A DNA stretch of 64,000 bases from an uncultured delta proteobacterium (lineage in GTDB: Bacteria; Myxococcota; Myxococcia; Myxococcales; Myxococcaceae): contig CAVQKE010000003.1 in NCBI GenBank assembly GCA_963713045.1, positions 608,001 to 672,000 on the forward strand. Direction: 5' to 3'. The notes below the pieces were generated by a model. It did not search any database. It was not told the origin of the DNA and saw only the letters and a list, made by a program, of their open reading frames with translations. Of the stretch, positions 41,057 to 49,912 are shown one piece after another (position 1 is the first letter of the stretch; every line of letters begins with the position of its first letter). The translations under genes and the position numbers were made by a program.

Positions 41057-41434
41057 CTAGGTCTCGAGTGGCTGCCAGAGCTCTACCCTGTTCCCGTCGC
41101 AGTCCTTGATCCAGGCGAAGCGACCATAGCTCTCGTTCTGGCGCTTCGAGTCGATCCAAACACCAGCGGCTGCGAGATCCACTAGGAGCGCGTCGAGGTC
41201 GTCGACGCGGTAGTTGATCATCACCGCCTGATTCGCCTCACCGAAGTAGGTCGTGTTCATCGGGAACGGATTCCAGGCCGTCATACCCGTCCCCTTCGGC
41301 ACTTCGTCCTTCCACAAGAAGGTCGCCCCGTAGTCGCCGACCTCGACGCCGAGGTGCTTCGCGTACCAGGCTCCCAGCGCCTTCGGGTCTGCGCTCCTCA
41401 GGAACACGCCCCCGACCCCTGTCACCCTCGCCAT
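41057..41434 (-). CDS. VOC/glyoxalase family protein
   Basis: RVTGVGGVF..DP..L..WY; INYRVDDLD; YGRFAWI.D.DGNRVELWQP. Confidence 0.9.
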   Translation of the reverse strand: MARVTGVGGVFLRSADPKALGAWYAKHLGVEVGDYGATFLWKDEVPKGTGMTAWNPFPMNTTYFGEANQAVMINYRVDDLDALLVDLAAAGVWIDSKRQNESYGRFAWIKDCDGNRVELWQPLET

Positions 41435-41730
41435 TTCGTTGCCTCCTCGTCTCTCGTCTAACTCACCGGCTCGGGTGGCGGCAACGCGGAACGGAGACGA
41501 TCGTCACGCGGATGTTCGTAACCGGGAGGCCAGCGATGACAGTCGAAGTCGACGTCTTTTTTGAAAGGCTGCTCACTTGATGCGACAGCCAGCGCGCAGC
41601 GCGCGCAAGTCCTGTGTCTTCGATCACTTGAGCGGCCCAGTGCTTGTTTTCGTGCGGGAATCGGTAAGGGCGCGGCCCGCCTCGTATCAACAGGGCGTTG
41701 CAGAGGTCGGCTAGCAGACAGTCCGGGATT

Positions 41731-42045
41731 TCAGAGTCCGCCGTGGAAGCGGCCGAACGCACGAGCGAGCATTAAGGCCATCAGGACAGCGCCGCACGCC
41801 GCGATGACGACATGCCTCGTCTGGCGAAACTCAAACTTGCCGACGCGTCCCAGCAGCAAATATGCGACTGCAAAGTTGAAGAGGCCCCACAGCACGTTCA
41901 CCATCGAGGAGGAAAGGCCTTCGCCAGGCGGGGAGGCGAACGGGCTTTGAAAAGGACTGCCGGAAACACCGTTGACGAAATGAGGCACCGCGTTGACGAG
42001 GAACGCGCCACCGAAGAAGTACGCAACGTAGTGGTACCAGCGCAT
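41731..42045 (-). CDS. Hypothetical membrane protein
   Basis: MRWYHYVAYFFGGAFLVNAVPHFVNG..PF.SPFA.PPG.GLSS; three TM segments. Confidence 0.75.
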   Translation of the reverse strand: MRWYHYVAYFFGGAFLVNAVPHFVNGVSGSPFQSPFASPPGEGLSSSMVNVLWGLFNFAVAYLLLGRVGKFEFRQTRHVVIAACGAVLMALMLARAFGRFHGGL

Positions 42046-42110
42046 TGGCTGTCTTCCCTCCATAGTAAGCCGCGGTCGAGTCAGTCGACATCATCCGGCC
42101 ATCGGGGCGA

Positions 42111-42224
42111 GCCAAGCGCGTCCCGCGCAAGTCCGCAACGTTTCGTACAGCCGGCTGCATTGCACGTGCCGCGTAAAAAACGGGCTAACCAACTGACTTC
42201 ATTGTGGAGGTGGCGGGAATCGAA
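42111..42224. repeat. att-like repeat copy B (arm + best-preserved tmRNA 3' end)
   Basis: 42192-42224 ACTGACTTCATTGTGGAGGTGGCGGGAATCGAA matches 55951-55983 at 31/33. Confidence 0.9.
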
Positions 42225-42490
42225 TCGGCTGCGAAGGATTTCGGCACGTTCTTCTTGCTCTGCCGTTTGTGCCCGAGGACGAGCCGGCACACTGAGCTTC
42301 AGGCGCCTTTTCGTACGCCGTCAGGGGTGCGGCGTGATGGCGAAGATGGTGATTACCGGAATTCGCTTCGCGTGTTTTCCCGTGCCCAATTCATCTGGTC
42401 CGTAAAACCAGAAGACCCGACAGGCCGCAGGGGTGAAGTAGCTGCGGTAGGTTGCCCAGCCTCTTCCATCCAACAACGAGGAGGACTTCC

Positions 42491-43168
42491 ATGGCTCTGT
42501 CCAGACGAGAACTGATTGGTACAGGCGTGGTCTTGGCGGCGGCACGCGTCGACGCTTTGCCAGCGCGCCCAGACACAAGCACCGCATCGCGTCGCCCACC
42601 CTGCCCGAACCGGATGCCGGAGATTGCCCCGGAGCGTCAGACAGAGGCACAGCGAAAGGCCTCGACGGAGTTTTCGGCCGGGCGTGGGATGCCTGTTTTT
42701 GGGCCCTTCGTTCCACTCCTCCGAAGTCCGGAAGTCATGCTCCGGGCCAAGGCCATGGGCGACTACCTCCGCTTCCGGAGCTCGCTCCCCCCGAAGCTCA
42801 ACGAGTTCGCCATCCTCCTCTCGGCCCGTCATTGGACGCAGCGTTACGTGTGGGCCGTTCACCAGCCCCAGGCGCTCAAGGCCGGCCTAAGCGCTGAAGT
42901 CGCCTCCATGGTGGCCGAAGGCCGACGGCCCAGCGGAATGGACGAGGGCGAGCAACTCGTCCATGACTTCGTGACGGAGCTCCTCACCCACCAGGGCGTC
43001 TGTGACGCCACCTACCTGGGCTCTGTAGCGAAGTTTGGCGAACAGGGCACCATCGACCTCATTGGGCTGTGTGGCTACTACACGCTCATCGCCATGGTGC
43101 TCAACGTCGCGCGGACGCCGAACCCAAAGAATGCACCAACGCTCGAGCCCTTTGTCTGCGCGAGCTAG
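42491..43168 (+). CDS. Carboxymuconolactone decarboxylase family protein with Tat-like signal
   Basis: MALSRRELIG; GPF..LLRSPE, LR..S.LP..L.E.AIL..AR, GYY. Confidence 0.85.
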   Translation: MALSRRELIGTGVVLAAARVDALPARPDTSTASRRPPCPNRMPEIAPERQTEAQRKASTEFSAGRGMPVFGPFVPLLRSPEVMLRAKAMGDYLRFRSSLPPKLNEFAILLSARHWTQRYVWAVHQPQALKAGLSAEVASMVAEGRRPSGMDEGEQLVHDFVTELLTHQGVCDATYLGSVAKFGEQGTIDLIGLCGYYTLIAMVLNVARTPNPKNAPTLEPFVCAS

Positions 43169-43264
43169 CCGGCCCCCTGCGAGCGCTGCTCGGTTCGCAT
43201 CGCCTCGGCCCGGTCGAGCCGGGAGGGCTGGATAGATGCTAAAGCCGAGCCCACCACCGACGAC

Positions 43265-44026
43265 ATGGCCAGCGCCGAGGCCATCGACCAGGCCGGGACA
43301 ATGACGACGGACGCATCGGTTCCTCGTGGCGTGCTCCCGCCCCCCAGCACGGTCGCGCCCCTTTGGCACACAGTTCTGCTGGTGGCCACCCTGCTTTTGC
43401 TCGCTCTCGGCGGAGCGCGCCTGCAGAGCCGGTCTTCCTCGGCACCGGGGGTAATTGCACAGCACCGGGGGCTGACCACCATCTACCTATCGACCCTAGT
43501 CTTCGAGTGGGCACTGGTGGGCTACGTCTGGCTGGGAATACGGCGCCGAACCCGCTTGCGCGACCTGGTGAGCGGGCGCTGGAGCCGGCCGCGCGACGTG
43601 ATGCGCGACCTCATCATCGCCGTCCTTTTCTGGGGAGTTTTCGAGGCGACCGGCTGGCTCATGCACGTCCTGCTCGGCCGCGACACCGCCAAGTCCATCT
43701 CCGTCCTCTTGCCGGAAGGAGCCCTTGAAATCGCGCTCTGGGTACTGGTCTCGGCCAGCGCGGGGTTTTGCGAGGAGGTGGTCTTTCGGGGCTATCTTCA
43801 GGGCCAGTTCCATGCCCTCAGCCGGAGCGCTCTGGTCGCCGTCCTGGCGCAAGCCGTCGTTTTCGGCATCTCTCACGGGTACCAGGGCGGTAGGCAGGTG
43901 GTGACTATCACCGTCCTGGGCCTCCTCTACGGTTTGCTGGCCTGGTGGCGCCACAGCCTCCGCCCGGGAATGTTGGCCCATGCCTGGGGCGACATCTTTA
44001 GCGGGATTATCTCTCCACGCCTCTGA
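43265..44026 (+). CDS. CPBP (Abi/CAAX) intramembrane glutamic endopeptidase
   Basis: EEVVFRGYL, FGISHGYQG, H...D motifs. Confidence 0.9.
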   Translation: MASAEAIDQAGTMTTDASVPRGVLPPPSTVAPLWHTVLLVATLLLLALGGARLQSRSSSAPGVIAQHRGLTTIYLSTLVFEWALVGYVWLGIRRRTRLRDLVSGRWSRPRDVMRDLIIAVLFWGVFEATGWLMHVLLGRDTAKSISVLLPEGALEIALWVLVSASAGFCEEVVFRGYLQGQFHALSRSALVAVLAQAVVFGISHGYQGGRQVVTITVLGLLYGLLAWWRHSLRPGMLAHAWGDIFSGIISPRL

Positions 44027-44183
44027 TCCGGCGTCCTCCGGTGATTGTTGAAGCGAGATGTTCTGCTGCACTCGCCCCCGAGAAACGAGACGTTGTTCGC
44101 GTGCTCTTCGGTTAGGGGTGTAGAGCCAAGGCGATGGGGCCGACCTGCGGCACTATCGGCTGAACCTGCCGAGCGACTTGATG

Positions 44184-44429
44184 TTACGGCTTGTGAGGGT
44201 GAGCGAGGTCGGGCGCTCCGGGGTGGCGCTGCGCCGGGTCGTGGCCAGCATCGTGGTCGTGCTGGTCCTCGTGAGTGTGCTCGTGCGTATGCGGATGACT
44301 GTGCGTGGTCCCGGGCGGCGTGCCTGGATGGTCGTGGCCAGGGTGTGGATGCGTGTGCTCGTGCTGGTGCTCGTGCCGGTGGGTGGGGCCTGAAGAATGC
44401 TTACCCCCCTTCGCAGGTCGCTCGCTCAT
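44184..44429 (-). CDS. Small His-rich protein (81 aa, 22 His)
   Basis: HRHEHQHEHTHPH..HSHPHTHEHTH; RBS AAGGAG upstream of ATG 44429. Confidence 0.7.
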   Translation of the reverse strand: MSERPAKGGKHSSGPTHRHEHQHEHTHPHPGHDHPGTPPGTTHSHPHTHEHTHEDQHDHDAGHDPAQRHPGAPDLAHPHKP

Positions 44430-44574
44430 TCGAACAGTCTCCTTGGGGTTCCGACCGTACCTCAAGGCATCGGTGCGCGCTTACTTCTGTGAAAGACGCT
44501 CTACTCTGCAATCTACCGTAACGAGCGAAACAACTCCGGCATTGGCGCACGGATGTGCGCGCGTGACGGGCGAA

Positions 44575-45008
44575 AGCCCCCGGAACGGTGCCCCCCGGAT
44601 CCGGCACCACCTTCGAGGCTCGGACGGCGGCTTGCTATTTGCTGGTGGTCTTTCCGGTGCGCCTGGGCGACGTCTCGCGCGTCAATTGCTCGGCCCTGGA
44701 AGCCAACTCCTGAGCGCTCTCTGCCAACTTCTCCGCCGTCTCCTGGACGGCGTGTCCGGCCTTGGCTGCGACTTCGTGGAGCTTGTCGCTCGCCTTGACG
44801 TTGAGCTCCTTGGCCTTCTCCGCCACCTCATCAATCCTCTTGTTGATGTCCTTAGTCTTCATAATGCTTGTCCTTTCGCTGCCCAGTGAGTGTGCAATGT
44901 CCGGGCCCTCAGCGAAGGGTCGAAGCAGTTCAGCCAGTTGCCAGCGTGGCGGGCGCAATTGATGCGGCTCGCGCTCCCCGGGGCGCATTGTGGAGGCGGC
45001 CGAAATCG
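44575..45008. repeat. ~430-bp duplicated unit, copy 1; ends in tmRNA-3'-like core C (44986-45012)
   Basis: Colinear with 54195-54620; core CATTGTGGAGGCGGCCGAAATCGAACC matches the tmRNA end at 24/27. Confidence 0.92.
44635..44862 (-). CDS. 75-aa amphipathic 11-mer-repeat protein (LEA/apolipoprotein-like), copy 1
   Basis: MKTKDINKRIDEVAEKAKELNVKASDKLHEVAAK...; reading frame conserved in both copies. Confidence 0.75.
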   Translation of the reverse strand: MKTKDINKRIDEVAEKAKELNVKASDKLHEVAAKAGHAVQETAEKLAESAQELASRAEQLTRETSPRRTGKTTSK

Positions 45009-45197
45009 AACCGGCATCACCTCTACGCGAGTTTGGTGAAGCCGTGGGCGCTCCATTCCTCGCTGCCAACGCCGCGGTCACGAAAAAGAGACCAGCGGGG
45101 TCGTACTTCCTCTTTACGGCCCGCAGTCTGGGGTAATTCGGTCCCCCAAAAGGGTCCCGCCAGTTGGGCTCGAATCCGTCCTCTTGTGCGGCCTACC

Positions 45198-45605
45198 TCA
45201 TCCTACGCGCGGCGCGCGCGCAAAGGGCTGGCCCCGTTGCAGGCTCCACAGTCCGCGCGCAGAGAGGATGACCGAGAAGATCGCGGTGACACCGAGCGCC
45301 ATCAGTGTCCAGACGAAGAAGAATCCTCCGCTGGACTTGGCGATCTCGCCGCCGACTCCCGCCCCCCTCATATGGACGACGGGAACGAGCGACCCAAGGA
45401 GGGACCCGAGGAGGATGATGACGTACCCCGATCGCCGTTCGGCGAGCACCAGCGTTCCGTACAGCCAGACGACCAGAATGAGTACCCCAACCATGTCTGA
45501 GACCCCTCCCGGCTCCATCCCACGGACGACATCGTCCGTCAGGTGAAACGTCATGAAGAGGATCGAGAGCAGAGACGCAATGGTTAATATAACGTTGTCT
45601 TTCAC
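45198..45605 (-). CDS. Hypothetical 4-TM membrane protein
   Basis: GTG start with AAGGAG RBS; four hydrophobic segments. Confidence 0.75.
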   Translation of the reverse strand: MKDNVILTIASLLSILFMTFHLTDDVVRGMEPGGVSDMVGVLILVVWLYGTLVLAERRSGYVIILLGSLLGSLVPVVHMRGAGVGGEIAKSSGGFFFVWTLMALGVTAIFSVILSARGLWSLQRGQPFARAPRVG

Positions 45606-45865
45606 TTAATACTCTCCTTGTCAGACTTGTGGGTATCTCTCAGTGATGCACATGATCGCGCTCCCCGGCCTAAATCCGTCTGAAACGTCATTCTTCCGCA
45701 GGTCAAGGAGCATGTCGGTTTCATGAACAACTGGGGATGGCGGAGAGGGTCCAGTCGGTGAAAATGGTTACCTGGCCCTCAACTGTCCCGTGACCGGCAG
45801 CGAGCTTCCCGAAGCACCGTATTCGGGAAGCACGGCACAAGCGCATATCGGCGCTGTGTTCTCTG

Positions 45866-45944
45866 CGCCCGTTTAGGCAAACCGCGTCCCGTGCAAGTCT
45901 GCGACGTGCAGTCGAGCGCATAGCGAATAGATAGCGAATGCCGC
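45866..45944. repeat. att-like repeat copy D (arm only)
   Basis: CCCGTGCAAGTCTGCGACGTGCAGTCGAGCGCATAGCGAATAGATAGCGAATGCCGC, near-identical to 49838-49892. Confidence 0.85.
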
Positions 45945-46040
45945 GCCAACAACGCATCAGCACCCAAAGCGCGTGGTGCCCCGAAAATATGCTCGCGCCC
46001 CATCCGCCTCTCAAGCAGAGTGCGGTCCGCTGGAGCAATA

Positions 46041-47298
46041 TCCCGCACCCCTCTGAAGTCGGGCCACCCTTAGTGCCGGTATTATTCGGCCGGAGAGCTG
46101 GTCATGTCGAAGGACGAAGAAGGACCCGAAGGCTGAGCCGGAGGAGGTTCAGCGGTGGACTGCCAAGCGACGGACGGCGCTCGTGGTGAGCATCATCAAG
46201 GGCGAGACGTCACCGCAGGAGGCCGCTCGGAAGCACGGGCTGACTGTGGCGGAGGTCGAGGAATGGAGAGAACGGTTTCTCGCCGCCGCAGAGAATGCTC
46301 TCCGCTCCGACCCGCGAGACGAGGAGGGCCAGCGGGAAGAGGCCATCAAGAAGCTGAAACAGAAGGTGGGGGAGCTCGTCCTCGAAGAACGACGTCCTCA
46401 AGGAGGCGGTGAAACCCTACCTCCCTTCGGACGTGGGACGTCCGACGAGTGAGGGAAGCCATGCCCGGCCTCTCAGAACGGACCGCGTGCTTGCTGCTTC
46501 GCGTCCCGCGCTCGTCGATGCGTCCCGAAACCGAGAAAGTCCCAGCCTACGCCGTCGTGGATGAGCTCCTGGCGGAGAGAATTCGTCGCCTCATCGAGCT
46601 GCACCCGACGTACAGGGTACAGACTCCTGTGGGCGATGCTTCGCAAGGAAGGCGTCCGCGTCAACCGGAAGGCTGTCTACCGAGTGCTGAGGCTGAAGCG
46701 CTGGCTCGTACACCAACGACGACTGACGCCACGGCCACGAGTGCAGGGACGTCGGAGTCAGGCCGAAAAGAGCAATGCCCGCTGGGCGATGGACGTGACG
46801 CACATCCCATGTGGCGAGGACGGCTGGGGCCACCTGGCGGCAATCATCGACTGCCACGACCGCGAGCTCATCGGCTTTGAATTCGCGCTCCGTGGCCGCG
46901 CCAAGGAAGCGGAGCGGGCACTGGAAGAGGCATGCATCGCTCGCTTCGGCACCCTCCGTCCGGATGGCGCCACGCCCGTCGTACGCAGCGACAATGGGCT
47001 TATTTTCCAAAGCCGCCGCTTTCGTGCGGCGCGTACGCGACTACCGCCTCTCGCAGGAATCATCACGCCCTACACCCGCAGCAGAATGGAATGATTGAAC
47101 GCTTCTTCCGCACGCTGAAGGAGGAGTGCACCTGGCAGTACAACTTCGGCAGCTTCCTCGAAGGCCAAAGCCACCATCAGCAACTGGATCGGCTGGTACA
47201 ACGCAGAGCGGCCTCACTCATCGCTGGGGTATCAAAGTCCGCAGCAATACAGGCAGCAAGAAGTCCCATCAGTGGCTTGATTTCAGGGTGTCACTACA
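46041..47298 (+). mobile_element. Degenerate IS3-family insertion sequence (frameshifted orfA/orfB)
   Basis: orfA WTAKRR..IIKGETS..EAARKHGLT; orfB DDE WAMDVT, IDCHDRE, RSDNG, IERFFRTLKEE; IRs CTGAAGTCGGGCCAC (46053-46067) vs GTGGCTTGATTTCAG (47272-47286); right end ..CACTACA; left end approximate. Confidence 0.85.
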
Positions 47299-47345
47299 GC
47301 AACGCGTGGGGCGTCCCCAGGCGTGAAGTAGCCTACGGAGGAGTC

Positions 47346-48842
47346 GTGACCCGGAAGACCCTTGGAACATTTTGCTTGACGGCCATCACCGCCGCACTCT
47401 TTGCCTGCGGGCAGAAGGCGGAAGACGCTGCAGTCAAGGCCGAGGCCGCGGCGTTGGACAAGGTACGCGCGGATGCGAAAGCTGCCGCGGACTTGGTGAA
47501 GGAGAAGGAAGCGCAAGAGACGGGCATCGACGCTTACGTCTACGCCTACCCGCTCGTGACGATGGAACTGACGCGGCGAGTCTCGACGAATGTCGCCGCT
47601 CCGGGTGTTAGCCAGGCACCGACGGGGCAGTTCGCCAAGCTGCGTGGATACCCGGCCGTCGACAACCATGCAGTAACCGCACCGAACGCGGACACCCTGT
47701 ACACAGTTCTTTGGTTGGACGTGTCCAAGGAGCCCTGGGTGGTCAGCGCGCCCGACATGCAAGGCCGCTTTTTCCTCCTGCCGATGCTGGACGGCTGGAC
47801 GACGGTGTTCGCAGACCCTGGAAAGCGCACGACTGGCACGCACGCGCAGACGTTCGCGGTGACCGGCCCAGGCTGGAGCGGGACGCTTCCCCCCGGCGTT
47901 ACGGAATACAAGTCGGCGACTGGCATGGTGTGGCTGCTGGGCCGGATTTACTGCACGGGCACACCTGCCGACTACGCGGCAGTGCATGCGCTCCAGGACA
48001 AGATGACGGCGATGCCGCTGTCCGGCTACGGCAAGCCCTATACGCCCCCACCGGCCGCGCCAGTCGACCCGAGCGTGAACATGAAGACTGCGGTCCGGGA
48101 ACAAGTAAACGCCATGGACGCGGCCTCGTACTTCAAGCTCTTCGCGCAGCTTCTGAAGACCAATCCGCCGACGCCTGAGGATGCGCCGATGGTAGCGAAG
48201 CTCGCAAAAATCGGCATCGTGCCGGGCCAGGACTTTGATACCTCCCGCCTGGACCCTTCAGTTGCCAAGGGCCTGGCGGGCGTTCCGAAGCCTGCGCAAG
48301 ACAAAATCATGGGTTGGATGAAGGAGGGCATTCTCGCGGGCGATTTGAAGCTTACGGATGGTTGGCTCTTCACTACCAAGACTGGCCTTTACGGAACCGA
48401 GTACCGCCAGCGTGCGCTCGTGACCGCCATTGGGCTAGGCGCAAATCGCCCCCAGGACGCCGTTTACCCCACGTCCGAGGGCCCCGACATTCTCAAGAAG
48501 TACAGCGGCGCGAACAAATACGTCATGCATTTCAAGAAGGGCGAGTTGCCACCCGTTGACGGTTTTTGGTCGCTGACCATGTACGACGCGAGCTACTTCT
48601 TCGTCCCGAATCCTATCAACCGCTACACCGTGAGCCAGCGCAACAAGCTCAAGGCCAACGCCGACGGCTCGGTCGACCTCTACATCCAGAACGAGTCGCC
48701 CGGCAAAGCCAAGGAGGAGAACTGGCTGCCCGCGCCGAAGGACACATTCATCCTCATGCTGCGCTTGTACTGGCCGAAGCAGAAGCCGCCGTCCATCCTC
48801 GATGGCACTTGGACGATTCCGCGGGTCAAAGAAGCTGGTTGA
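47346..48842 (+). CDS. DUF1254/DUF1214 lipoprotein
   Basis: Lipobox LFA|C; PNADTLY, GFWSLTMYD, NADGSVDLYIQ..P..NWLPAP..LRLYWP; RBS GGAGGAG. Confidence 0.9.
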   Translation: MTRKTLGTFCLTAITAALFACGQKAEDAAVKAEAAALDKVRADAKAAADLVKEKEAQETGIDAYVYAYPLVTMELTRRVSTNVAAPGVSQAPTGQFAKLRGYPAVDNHAVTAPNADTLYTVLWLDVSKEPWVVSAPDMQGRFFLLPMLDGWTTVFADPGKRTTGTHAQTFAVTGPGWSGTLPPGVTEYKSATGMVWLLGRIYCTGTPADYAAVHALQDKMTAMPLSGYGKPYTPPPAAPVDPSVNMKTAVREQVNAMDAASYFKLFAQLLKTNPPTPEDAPMVAKLAKIGIVPGQDFDTSRLDPSVAKGLAGVPKPAQDKIMGWMKEGILAGDLKLTDGWLFTTKTGLYGTEYRQRALVTAIGLGANRPQDAVYPTSEGPDILKKYSGANKYVMHFKKGELPPVDGFWSLTMYDASYFFVPNPINRYTVSQRNKLKANADGSVDLYIQNESPGKAKEENWLPAPKDTFILMLRLYWPKQKPPSILDGTWTIPRVKEAG

Positions 48843-48897
48843 GGTCCGCCTCCACCGCTCGCAGGGCAGCGTTCGAGTACCGTTTCCCGCGTCACAT

Positions 48898-48945
48898 CCG
48901 TTCAGCGCGGGCCACTAGCCAACTGACTTCATTGTGAAGGCGGCG
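48898..48945. repeat. att-like repeat copy E (internally deleted arm + core)
   Basis: CCGTTCAGCGCGGGCCA fused to CTAGCCAACTGACTTCATTGTGAAGGCGGCG. Confidence 0.82.
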
Positions 48946-48995
48946 CATCCCCGAGCGGGGCGCGCCCGCAACCGTCTAAGACCAGGAATCGAGCC

Positions 48996-49769
48996 ATGGA
49001 ACCCGACCCGCGCGACTTCTACGACGCGCTCGCCAATGACTACCACCTCATTTTCGACGATTGGGACGCTTCCATCCTTCGCCAGAGCACGGTCATCCAC
49101 GCCCTGTTGGGGGCTCAACCGCAGCGAGTTCTCGACGTGGCTTGCGGCATGGGGACGCAGGCCATCGGCCTCACTCGCCTGGGACATGCCGTCGTTGCCC
49201 GCGACCTCAGCCCTGCTCTCGTCAAGCGCGCAAGGGTGGAGGCCCGCCGACTGGGCACAGCGGTGGACGTCTCGGTGGGTGACATGCGCCTCGCAATGGC
49301 AGCTGACCGGTCAGCGTTCGACGCGGTCATTGCATTCGACAACGCGCTTCCGCATTTGGAGACTAACGCCGAACTTTTCGCAGCGTTGAAGGCTGCGCAT
49401 GACGCGCTCCGGCCGGGTGGGCGGCTCTTCGCCTCTGTCCGTGATTACGACGACCTCGTGCGGAAGAAATTGTCCTGCGACCCTCCGCGACGTTTGGGGT
49501 CGGGTGACAACGAGCGCGTCGTGCTACAGCTTTGGGACTGGGACCAGGACGGCCGGGGCTACTGCTTTCAGCACATCATCCTTGTTCGGGACGGACCGGC
49601 CGGGTGGCAGGCCCGAACAACCCGGGGACATTACCGGGCGCTGCTACGTCGCGAGCTTTCCGAGGCTGCCACTTCGGTTGGGTTCAGCGACCCTCACTGG
49701 AGTGAGCCGGCGGTCTCGGGCTTCTACCAACCCATCTTCATCGCGAATAAGCCCGGAGCGAAGAGTTGA
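48996..49769 (+). CDS. Class I SAM-dependent methyltransferase
   Basis: VLDVACGMG, GDMR, NALPHL, LRPGG. Confidence 0.9.
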   Translation: MEPDPRDFYDALANDYHLIFDDWDASILRQSTVIHALLGAQPQRVLDVACGMGTQAIGLTRLGHAVVARDLSPALVKRARVEARRLGTAVDVSVGDMRLAMAADRSAFDAVIAFDNALPHLETNAELFAALKAAHDALRPGGRLFASVRDYDDLVRKKLSCDPPRRLGSGDNERVVLQLWDWDQDGRGYCFQHIILVRDGPAGWQARTTRGHYRALLRRELSEAATSVGFSDPHWSEPAVSGFYQPIFIANKPGAKS

Positions 49770-49788
49770 GAAGCGACGGCGTCAAGGG

Positions 49789-49912
49789 CGCCAGCATCGC
49801 CCACCTGAGCACCCGTTCAAACAACGCCCTCGCCATCCCCGCAAGTCCGCGACGTTCCGTCGAGCGCATAGCAAATAGATAGTGAATGCCGCCCCGTAAC
49901 GGGCTGACGTCA
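49789..49912. repeat. att-like repeat copy F (long arm, core truncated)
   Basis: CGCCAGCATCGCCCACCTG..CCCGTTCAAAC matches 55872 onward; GCAAGTCCGCGACGTT; ends TAACGGGCTGACGTCA. Confidence 0.87.

Noticed and set aside
41456..41462. GTTAGAC (GTTRRRY) just upstream of the glyoxalase RBS, like an integron attC R' site
   Set aside because: No matching R'' box or correctly spaced L boxes forming an attC hairpin could be found, and there is no intI.
41601..41663. Possible extra att-like copy (GCGCGCAAGTCC ... GCGGGAATCG)
   Set aside because: Only two short GC-rich matches with non-consensus spacing; could be chance, so not counted.
42200..42224. tRNA gene at the GGAGG.GGCGGGAATCGAA motifs (also 44990)
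   Set aside because: Only the acceptor 3' strand and half the T-arm are present, with no D or anticodon arm; these are tmRNA-end fragments.
45804..45831. Hairpin GCTTCCCGAA-N8-TTCGGGAAGC as a terminator
   Set aside because: No U-tract, and it does not follow a gene end.
46932..48842. 636-aa transposase-DUF1254 fusion ORF
   Set aside because: Read-through of the frameshifted IS3 tail; the lipoprotein has its own RBS and GTG at 47346.
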